Assembly (NCBI GenBank): GCA_963981015.1
Contig: CAXCCG010000005.1
Span: 726 to 64,725 of the forward strand
Source of the DNA: an uncultured Gammaproteobacteria bacterium
GTDB taxonomy: Bacteria > Pseudomonadota > Gammaproteobacteria > GCF-002020875
Direction of reading: 5' to 3'
DNA length: 64,000 bases
The notes below the pieces were generated by a model. The model saw only the letters and a list, made by a program, of their open reading frames with translations. It was not told the DNA's origin and searched no databases. This document shows, piece by piece, positions 55,832 to 64,000 of this stretch. The translations under genes and the position numbers were made by a program. Numbering within the stretch: the first letter of the stretch is position 1; every line of letters starts with the position of its first letter.

Positions 55832-56607
55832 TCTCTCTGCTTCATCATTGGCTACTGCAGCTGTTCTCGATCTTTAGACGATTGGGGCGTGGACAGCTGT
55901 TTTTGATCCATCTTTTGGGTGGTGTGGGAGTTATATTGCTCCGTTTTCGTCTGGTGATCCAGCAGCTTTATGCAATTGGAGTCCACTCATTGTTGATTGT
56001 GATTGTTGCCGGACTGTTTGTGGGTATGGTGTTAGGGTTGCAGGGGTATAACACGCTGGTTGATTTTGGGGCTGAAGAGTCTCTGGGGGTATTGGTTGCG
56101 CTCTCTCTGGTTCGTGAGCTGGGGCCTGTGGTTGCAGCACTGCTCTATGCTGGGCGAGCCGGTTCAGCACTTACTGCAGAGATTGGATTAATGAAGGCAA
56201 CAGAGCAACTCTCAGGCATGGAGATGATGGCAGTCGACCCGGTGCATCGGATTATCACCCCCCGTTTTCTGGCTGGTTTTCTCTCTCTACCTCTACTGAC
56301 GGCTATTTTTACTGTATTGGGAGTGTTTGGTGGTTACTTTGTCGCAGTGCCACTGCTGGGGGTGGATGATGGTGCTTTTTGGTCTCAAATGCAGGCTAGA
56401 GTCGACTTTTATGATGATATACAGAGTGGAGTGATCAAAAGTGTGGTGTTTGGTTTTGTGGTGACCTGGATCGCACTGTTTGAAGGGTATGATGCAACAC
56501 CGACATCAGAGGGAGTCTCCCGTTCGACCACACGTACAGTCGTGCATGCCTCATTGGCTGTGCTGGGGCTGGATTTTATACTGACTGCATTAATGTTTGG
56601 AGCATAA
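55828..56607 (+). CDS. mlaE: Mla ABC transporter permease MlaE
   Basis: 259-aa polytopic membrane protein. It overlaps the mlaF stop and has the MlaE/Ttg2B-like motif [21 protein letters not shown]. Confidence 0.93.
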   Translation: MISLLHHWLLQLFSIFRRLGRGQLFLIHLLGGVGVILLRFRLVIQQLYAIGVHSLLIVIVAGLFVGMVLGLQGYNTLVDFGAEESLGVLVALSLVRELGPVVAALLYAGRAGSALTAEIGLMKATEQLSGMEMMAVDPVHRIITPRFLAGFLSLPLLTAIFTVLGVFGGYFVAVPLLGVDDGAFWSQMQARVDFYDDIQSGVIKSVVFGFVVTWIALFEGYDATPTSEGVSRSTTRTVVHASLAVLGLDFILTALMFGA

Positions 56608-56610
56608 AGA

Positions 56611-57183
56611 ATGATGAAGCAGAACCGTGCATTAGAGGTTTGGGTAGGTCTGTTTGTAGGGCTGGGTATTGCGGCACTGGTTGTGCTGGCATTCTATGTG
56701 GGGAATCTGAGTAGCTACAATAGTAACTCTGGATATTTGTTAGAGGCACGTTTTGATGAAATTGGTGGTTTAAAGCCGAGAGCTCCTGTGACCATCTCAG
56801 GAGTGCAGGTGGGGCGAGTTACCGCGATTCATCTGGACAATCAAGAGTATCGCGCAGTTGTGCGGATGGAGATTGATCCGGAAAAGATGCCACTACAGCG
56901 TCTCAATGAACAGGGAGAACAGTTATTTGATGAACAGGGGAACGTACAGCTTTGTGATAAAAATGGTGTGCCGCCTGCTTGTTCCACGATTCTTTTTGAA
57001 GATGCTGCCGCCTCGATCCTGACTGCCGGAATGTTGGGAGAGCAGTATGTGGGGTTAGAACCTGGTGGGGGTGCTCTTGCTTTTCTCTACCCCGGAGATG
57101 AGGTGCGAATGACTCAATCTTCGATTGCACTGGAGCAGGTGATCGGTCAATTCCTTTTTAATCAGACGGATAAAGATCAGTAA
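56611..57183 (+). CDS. mlaD: MCE-domain protein MlaD
   Basis: 190 aa with an N-terminal TM anchor and an MCE domain (FDEIGGLKPRAPVTISGVQVGRVTAI...GMLGEQYVGLEPG). Confidence 0.92.
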   Translation: MMKQNRALEVWVGLFVGLGIAALVVLAFYVGNLSSYNSNSGYLLEARFDEIGGLKPRAPVTISGVQVGRVTAIHLDNQEYRAVVRMEIDPEKMPLQRLNEQGEQLFDEQGNVQLCDKNGVPPACSTILFEDAAASILTAGMLGEQYVGLEPGGGALAFLYPGDEVRMTQSSIALEQVIGQFLFNQTDKDQ

Positions 57184-57287
57184 TAGTATTACTTGTCCAT
57201 TGGCAGCTAAACAGCGAAAATAGTGCAGAGCGCCATCTGAATTTAATAGATGTTATCGGGAACACACACAATAATATGTGAAATGGG

Positions 57288-57950
57288 GTGATTAGTTTGA
57301 AAAAATATAACAGAATTTCTATTTTCGGCCTGCTGGTTTGGCTGGTATTGGTCCCGGTTCGTGCAGACGTAGTGACCCCGGATATCACCATGGAAAGATT
57401 GACCCATGCAGTGATGCAACGTCTGGCAAAAAGAGAGGATTTCCTGAGGGAAAACCCAGACCAGGTGCAACCCTTCGCGAATGAGCTGGTTGATGAGTTT
57501 GTACTGCCTCTGTTGGATATGAAGTTGATGTCTCGCTGGATTATTGGAAAAAGTTGGCGTACAGCAACAGCCAGTCAACGACAACGTTTTATGGATGAGT
57601 TTGCAGGGATGTTGATTCGTACCTATGCTGCTGCACTACTGGAGTTTAGAGGGAAAAGTGTTACCTTTAAGCCCTTTCATCATGACCCAAAACGTAAAGA
57701 TGCTGTTGTTAGGTCAGAGTTTTCCAGCGGGGAGGGGGCTCCTTCAGTACCCGTGTTGTTTCGTGTGCGTAAAGACAAACAGGGAACGTGGAAGGTTTTC
57801 GATATTATTGTAGATGGAATCAGTTTAATCAAAAATTACCGTTCTACCTTTGCGGCTGAGATACGAAAGGTGGGGTTGGAGGGGCTGATTCAGCGCCTCT
57901 CTTCTCATAATCAGGAGAGCAGTGCTCCCGAGAAGCAAGGTAAAGGGTGA
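57288..57950 (+). CDS. mlaC: Periplasmic phospholipid-binding protein MlaC
   Basis: 220 aa with a signal peptide and a Ttg2D/MlaC-like body (WKVFDIIVDGISLIKNYRSTF). The GTG start at 57288 is tentative. Confidence 0.88.
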   Translation: MISLKKYNRISIFGLLVWLVLVPVRADVVTPDITMERLTHAVMQRLAKREDFLRENPDQVQPFANELVDEFVLPLLDMKLMSRWIIGKSWRTATASQRQRFMDEFAGMLIRTYAAALLEFRGKSVTFKPFHHDPKRKDAVVRSEFSSGEGAPSVPVLFRVRKDKQGTWKVFDIIVDGISLIKNYRSTFAAEIRKVGLEGLIQRLSSHNQESSAPEKQGKG

Positions 57951-58255
57951 GTCAATTCTCACTATCCTTGAGCGAGGGTGTAGTGGTTGTTAAAGGTGAA
58001 CTCACTTTTGATACGGTGGTTGATGCACTCAGGCAAGCATCCCCTCTGTTTGGTACACAGGGCGATGTAAAGTTGGATCTACGAAGTGTAAAACGCATTG
58101 ATAGTGCGGGGTTGAGCTTGTTGATTGAGTGGGTTCGGCAATTACGGCGGCAGCAGCGGCGATTGACAGTGCTTAATCCACCTCACCAGCTGGGACGGTT
58201 AGCTAAAATTAGTGGTGTGAATGATATTTTCTCTGTCGATACCATTGTGCAATGA
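57947..58255 (+). CDS. mlaB: STAS-domain protein MlaB
   Basis: 102 aa with a STAS fold signature (VKLDLRSVKRIDSAGLSLLIEWVR). The GTG start overlaps the mlaC stop. Confidence 0.85.
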   Translation: MSQFSLSLSEGVVVVKGELTFDTVVDALRQASPLFGTQGDVKLDLRSVKRIDSAGLSLLIEWVRQLRRQQRRLTVLNPPHQLGRLAKISGVNDIFSVDTIVQ

Positions 58256-59169
58256 GCGCTGAACCTGCCCTTGAACTTGTAGAGGTAGAGAAACGCTATC
58301 CAACTACAGATGCCTTGAAGGGGATCAGTTTCTCAGTAGAGAGTGGAGAGTTTTTTGGTCTTCTTGGACCGAATGGTGCAGGGAAATCAACGCTGATCAA
58401 TATTATGGGGGGGTTGGTCCGCCCAAGCTCCGGTCACATACGGGTGATGGGGCATGATGTAGTTACGCAGTATCGACACTCCAGAAACCATATCGGAATT
58501 GTCCCGCAAGAGCTGGTCTATGACCCCTTTTTTACCGTATGGGAGATGCTAACCATTCAGTCAGGTTATTTTGGTCGGGGTCGAGAGAACGATGCCTGGC
58601 TGGAGGAGTTGCTGGTTACCCTCAACCTGATGGATAAACGGAATGAGAACCTGCAGCGCCTCTCTGGCGGGATGAAACGGCGTGTACTCATTGCTCAGGC
58701 TCTGGTCCATCGTCCACCGGTTGTTGTACTGGATGAACCTACAGCGGGGGTTGATGTGGAGTTGCGTCGGGCGCTCTGGTCTTTTGCACACCGCCTCCAT
58801 CAGGAGGGGCATACTATTGTTTTAACAACCCACTACCTGGAAGAGGCTGAATCGATGTGTGATCGGATCGCGATTCTGGACCAGGGGGAGCTGGTGGCGC
58901 TCAATGAGCAGCAGCAGTTGATTGCCGACTATCCACATCAGATCGCAGTGATTGAGCGTCACCTTGGTGAGAAAATGCCGGAGTGGTTGGTTTCAGCGAG
59001 GGTCTCCAGTAGTCGAAACCGGACTCAACTGCAGCTTCCTCGTGATGTAGAGGGGCAGAACCGGTTCCTGCAGCAGTTGGAGATGCTGGGTATTGTTCGA
59101 CAGGATGTGCGTTTGCGTGAACCGACACTGGAAGAGGTTTTTCTCGGATTGACAGGAGAGGGGGCGTGA
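58252..59169 (+). CDS. yadG: ABC-2 type transporter ATP-binding protein (YadG-like)
   Basis: 305 aa with [27 protein letters not shown] and VLDEPTAGVD. The ATG overlaps the mlaB stop. Confidence 0.8.
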   Translation: MSAEPALELVEVEKRYPTTDALKGISFSVESGEFFGLLGPNGAGKSTLINIMGGLVRPSSGHIRVMGHDVVTQYRHSRNHIGIVPQELVYDPFFTVWEMLTIQSGYFGRGRENDAWLEELLVTLNLMDKRNENLQRLSGGMKRRVLIAQALVHRPPVVVLDEPTAGVDVELRRALWSFAHRLHQEGHTIVLTTHYLEEAESMCDRIAILDQGELVALNEQQQLIADYPHQIAVIERHLGEKMPEWLVSARVSSSRNRTQLQLPRDVEGQNRFLQQLEMLGIVRQDVRLREPTLEEVFLGLTGEGA

Positions 59170-59933
59170 CACTCAACCTGTTTGGCTGCTGGACACTGTT
59201 TCGCAAGGAGGTGTGGCGTTTTCTCAAAGTTTCCGTACAGACGGTTTTGGCGCCGGCAGTCTCTACACTGCTCTATCTATTGGTGTTTGGTGTTGTGTTT
59301 GAGGAGGCGGTTGTGGTCTATGAGGGGCACAGCTACAGCAGTTTTCTGGTTCCGGGTTTGGTGATGATGACGCTGGCACAGAATGCCTTTGCCAATAGCT
59401 CTTCAAGCATTCTACAGTCTAAAATGAATGGCAATATTGTTTTCATGTTACTGGCTCCGCTCTCCTCGGTGGAACTCTATCTGGCCTTTTTAGGGGCAGC
59501 AGTGGTACGTGGGCTGGTTACGGGAGGGGCTGTTTTGATCATTGCATCCCTATTGATACCTGTTTCTCTCTACTCAGCGGGATTGGTGCTGCTTTTTGCG
59601 GTGCTCTCCAGTGGAGTGATGGGTGCTTTGGGGGTTATTGCGGGGATCTGGTCTGAAAAATATGACCACCTTTCCGCGTTTCAGAACTTCATCATTCTGC
59701 CCCTCACTTTTCTGAGTGGTGTATTTTATTCCATTCAGGACCTCTCACCGTTCTGGCAACAGCTCTCAGCCTGGAATCCGGTTTTTTATCTGATTGACGG
59801 CTTTCGGTTTGGTTTTCTGGGGGTGTCCGATGTGGCTTATCTACAGAGTCTGACCGTTGCACTACTGTTTTTGCTGATGTTGACGCTGCTCTCAGTGCTC
59901 CTGTTACGCTCTGGATATAAGTTGCGAGGATGA
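59166..59933 (+). CDS. yadH: ABC-2 type transporter permease (YadH-like)
   Basis: 255 aa with 6 TM segments. It is colinear with E. coli YadH (FLVPGLVMM, LTFLSGVFYS, LSAWNPVFYLIDGFRFGFLG). The GTG start overlaps the upstream stop. Confidence 0.8.
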   Translation: MTLNLFGCWTLFRKEVWRFLKVSVQTVLAPAVSTLLYLLVFGVVFEEAVVVYEGHSYSSFLVPGLVMMTLAQNAFANSSSSILQSKMNGNIVFMLLAPLSSVELYLAFLGAAVVRGLVTGGAVLIIASLLIPVSLYSAGLVLLFAVLSSGVMGALGVIAGIWSEKYDHLSAFQNFIILPLTFLSGVFYSIQDLSPFWQQLSAWNPVFYLIDGFRFGFLGVSDVAYLQSLTVALLFLLMLTLLSVLLLRSGYKLRG

Positions 59934-59936
59934 TGA

Positions 59937-61193
<1,257 letters not shown>

Positions 61194-61290
61194 GACAATG
61201 ATATGATTTGTTTAAATGTTCGAGAAGTGTTTGTTACTGTAGGTTATGTTGTTTGAAAACAGTTTTTTGTGATCTGGAGAGGAGAGAAAA

Positions 61291-61569
61291 ATGGTACCAC
61301 TACTACCCCTTGCAATTGTGACGGTTGCTTCAGCCGCTGCAACACTCTTTTTGAATGAGAAGGCTAGAAGGGTTGATGATGCAATCCATGAGATGGGTGA
61401 TACTGCAGATGAAGAGAGCAGTGATGACTCAATCTCGGCAAAGCTCAAGAAGCGGCTCGCAGCGAAAAATAGTGAGATCGAGAAGATAAAAATGCAACTT
61501 CAAGAGCATAACAAGATGCTCAATGAGCATGCCAAACAGCTGCGCAATAACTCTCGGTCACGTCACTGA
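61291..61569 (+). CDS. Hypothetical small membrane-anchored coiled-coil protein
   Basis: 92 aa with a strong RBS (ggagaggag) 6-7 nt upstream. It has an N-terminal hydrophobic helix (VPLLPLAIVTVASAAATLFL), an acidic linker and a Lys/Glu/Gln-rich heptad-like C terminus. I recognise no family. Confidence 0.55.
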   Translation: MVPLLPLAIVTVASAAATLFLNEKARRVDDAIHEMGDTADEESSDDSISAKLKKRLAAKNSEIEKIKMQLQEHNKMLNEHAKQLRNNSRSRH

Positions 61570-61638
61570 TGGGTTAAATCACCCCCTGGGGTGAGTTGTT
61601 GTCTGTGGTAAAAGCGCTGAATCAGTTACAATAGAGTG

Positions 61639-62280
61639 ATGGAAAAGCCACTGACTATTGCCCTTTCAAAAGGGCGTATCTATAAGGATACCTTGCCTCT
61701 TCTGGAGGCGGCGGGCATTCGTCCAGTCGACGACCCGGTTACCAGCAGAAAACTGATTCTGGATACTAATCTGGCTCATGTGAAAGTGGTTGTGATCCGT
61801 GCAACCGATGTCCCCACTTTTGTAGAGCGCGGTGTTGCGGATCTCGGTGTTGCAGGTAAGGATGTATTGATGGAGCATGGTGGAGAAAACCTCTATGAAC
61901 CACTGGATCTGCAGATTGCCAAGTGTCGAATGATGACAGCTGGTGTGGTTGGTGCGTCTGAACCCAAGGGGCGGATGCGCATTGCTACCAAGTATGTGAA
62001 GTCGGCTCAGGACTACTTTACTTCGCTTGGACAGCAGGTGGAGATCATTAAACTCTATGGCGCAATGGAGTTGGCACCACTGGTGGGGCTGGCCGACCGT
62101 ATTGTTGACCTGGTCGAGACCGGGAATACGCTGAAAGCCAATGGACTTGAGCCTCTGGAGGAGATTGCCCATATCAGCTCCCGTCTGGTGGTTAACAAGG
62201 CTGCAATGAAGATGAAGAGCCAGCAGGTGAAGTCACTGATTGAGTTGATGGCCGCTGCAGTAGAAAAACGTCAAGGATAG
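61639..62280 (+). CDS. hisG: ATP phosphoribosyltransferase, short form (HisG-S)
   Basis: 213 aa from the ATG at 61639: [10 protein letters not shown]...[14 protein letters not shown]. It lacks the C-terminal regulatory domain of the 299-aa long form. Confidence 0.95.
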   Translation: MEKPLTIALSKGRIYKDTLPLLEAAGIRPVDDPVTSRKLILDTNLAHVKVVVIRATDVPTFVERGVADLGVAGKDVLMEHGGENLYEPLDLQIAKCRMMTAGVVGASEPKGRMRIATKYVKSAQDYFTSLGQQVEIIKLYGAMELAPLVGLADRIVDLVETGNTLKANGLEPLEEIAHISSRLVVNKAAMKMKSQQVKSLIELMAAAVEKRQG

Positions 62281-62285
62281 TCACC

Positions 62286-63578
62286 ATGAGAAGATTGAAT
62301 CGTGCCGATGTTGGCTTTGATGCCGAGCTGGAGAAGTTGTTGGCTTGGGAAGGTGTCTCCAATGACCAAGTGAACCAGACTGTTAGAGAGATTCTGGATA
62401 AAATTCGCAGCCACGGAGATGCTGCCCTGGTTGAATACACCAACCGTTTTGATCGTCTGGATGCCTCCAGCATGGAAGAGCTGGAGTTACCGCTGGAGCG
62501 TCTGCAGCAGGCACTTGATAACCTACCAACAGATCAACGCAAGGCATTGGAATTATCAGCAGAGCGGGTGCGCCTCTACCATCAACACCAGAAGACAGAG
62601 TCATGGAGCTACACCGAGGCAGATGGCACCTTGCTTGGACAGCAGGTGACACCACTGGACCGTGTGGGTCTCTATGTTCCCGGCGGTAAAGCAGCATACC
62701 CTTCATCGGTATTGATGAATGCAGTTCCAGCCAAAGTGGCGGGAGTTAAAGAGTTGATTATGGTGGTACCCACTCCAGATGGGGTGGTTAATGAATTGGT
62801 GCTGGCGGCAGCAGCAATCTCTGATGTGGATAAGGTTTTTCTGGTGGGAGGCGCACAGGCTGTAGCGGCACTGGCCTATGGAACTGAGGCGGTTCCACAG
62901 GTAGACAAGATTGTGGGGCCGGGTAACATCTATGTGGCGACTGCCAAGGGGATGGTGTTTGGCTCTGTAGGGATCGATATGATTGCCGGTCCTTCCGAGA
63001 TTCTGGTGGTCTGCGATGGTGAGACAAATCCAGACTGGATTGCGATGGACCTCTTCTCTCAGGCAGAGCATGATGAGGATGCGCAGTCGATTTTGATCTC
63101 TCCCGATGCAGCGTTCCTCGATGCAGTAGAGCAGAGTATCAATAAATTGCTGGATGGAATGGAGCGTGCAAATATTATCCGTACCGCATTGAAAGATCGC
63201 GGCGCACTGATTCAGGTGGAGACGATGGAGCAGGCATTGGAGGTGACCAACTACATTGCACCTGAACATCTGGAGCTCTCCGTAGAAGACCCGCAGGCAT
63301 TATTGCCCAGCATTAAGCATGCGGGAGCCATCTTTATGGGGCGCTACACAGCAGAGGCGTTGGGGGACTACTGTGCCGGACCAAACCATGTATTGCCGAC
63401 CTCACGTACTGCACGCTTCTCTTCTCCTCTAGGTGTTTACGATTTTCAGAAACGCTCCAGCCTGATTATGTGCTCTGCTGAGGGCGCTTCAGAACTGGGT
63501 AAGACTGCATCGGTGATGGCGCGTGGAGAGGGGCTGACTGCACATGCGCAGTCAGCAGAGTTCCGTATCAAAGATTAA
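62286..63578 (+). CDS. hisD: Histidinol dehydrogenase
   Basis: 430 aa with [22 protein letters not shown] and [10 protein letters not shown]. Confidence 0.98.
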   Translation: MRRLNRADVGFDAELEKLLAWEGVSNDQVNQTVREILDKIRSHGDAALVEYTNRFDRLDASSMEELELPLERLQQALDNLPTDQRKALELSAERVRLYHQHQKTESWSYTEADGTLLGQQVTPLDRVGLYVPGGKAAYPSSVLMNAVPAKVAGVKELIMVVPTPDGVVNELVLAAAAISDVDKVFLVGGAQAVAALAYGTEAVPQVDKIVGPGNIYVATAKGMVFGSVGIDMIAGPSEILVVCDGETNPDWIAMDLFSQAEHDEDAQSILISPDAAFLDAVEQSINKLLDGMERANIIRTALKDRGALIQVETMEQALEVTNYIAPEHLELSVEDPQALLPSIKHAGAIFMGRYTAEALGDYCAGPNHVLPTSRTARFSSPLGVYDFQKRSSLIMCSAEGASELGKTASVMARGEGLTAHAQSAEFRIKD

Positions 63579-63581
63579 GTT

Positions 63582-64000
63582 GTGAAAAACTGGATTCGCC
63601 CTGAAATCGCAGCGTTGTCTGCTTACCATGTCCCCGCCCCTGGAGACTGGATCAAGCTGGATGCAATGGAAAATCCATACCAGTGGCCTGAAGAGTTACA
63701 GCAGGAGTGGCTAAAATCGCTGCCTGATGCAGAGATCAATCGCTATCCGGACCCGGCAGCACGTGAGCTGGTGGCAGAGTTACATAAGGTGATGGAGGTG
63801 CCTGAGGGGTTTGAGATCGTGCTCGGTAACGGCTCTGATGAACTGATCCAGTTGTTGATGATGACGGTGGCCAAGCCAGGACGCACTATTCTGGCACCTG
63901 AGCCCACCTTTGTGATGTACAAGATGATCGCCCAGTTTGTAGGGATGGAGTTTGTCGGTGTACCACTAGATGTAGATTTTGAACTGGACCTCGATGCAAT
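63582..64000 (+). CDS. hisC: Histidinol-phosphate aminotransferase; the 3' end lies beyond the window
   Basis: Not in the ORF track because the frame is still open at the window edge. I translated it by hand from the GTG at 63582: VKNWIRPEIAALSAYHVPAPGDWIKLDAMENPYQWPEEL...INRYPDP...LGNGSDELIQLL. This is the typical class II aminotransferase HisC N terminus, directly after hisD. Confidence 0.9.
   Translation, partial: MKNWIRPEIAALSAYHVPAPGDWIKLDAMENPYQWPEELQQEWLKSLPDAEINRYPDPAARELVAELHKVMEVPEGFEIVLGNGSDELIQLLMMTVAKPGRTILAPEPTFVMYKMIAQFVGMEFVGVPLDVDFELDLDA

Overview
This 64-kb window has a gammaproteobacterial-type gene order and is almost entirely housekeeping. From 1 to 30.4 kb (+ strand) it carries the full transcription/translation supercluster. 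That runs nusG (5' truncated)-rplKAJL-rpoBC-rpsL-rpsG-fusA-tuf, then the S10 operon, the spc operon (with secY and a 38-aa rpmJ missing from the ORF track) and the alpha operon, ending at rplQ with a clean intrinsic terminator. The block from 30.4 to 41.8 kb is the only loosely accessory part. It holds a DUF62/SAM hydroxide adenosyltransferase-like gene, uvrA (-), a YajR-like MFS transporter, ssb, an AsmA-family protein, and a NarL-type response regulator with a hybrid sensor kinase (-). From 41.8 to 44.8 kb lie rplU-rpmA-obg-proB. From 44.9 to 54.2 kb (- strand) lie a ptsI-type Enzyme I, rapZ, hpf, rpoN, lptB, lptA, lptC, kdsC, kdsD and yrbG. From 54.3 to 64 kb (+) there is a short DUF72-like ORF, then mlaFEDCB joined without gaps to a yadGH-like ABC-2 pair and murA, then a small membrane/coiled-coil ORF, then hisG (short form)-hisD-hisC (3' truncated). 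I saw no rRNA, tRNA, CRISPR array, transposase, integrase or phage genes. I did not find a convincing new multi-gene system. The signals most worth a second look are: (1) non-coding elements in the str operon, namely a consensus promoter running into an intrinsic terminator, two identical boxA-like TGCTCTTTAA cores and a perfect 17-nt palindrome; (2) an rpoN-linked PTS locus lacking ptsN and npr, with a GAF-less Enzyme I coupled to rapZ; (3) lineage-specific insertions around the mla-murA-his block.
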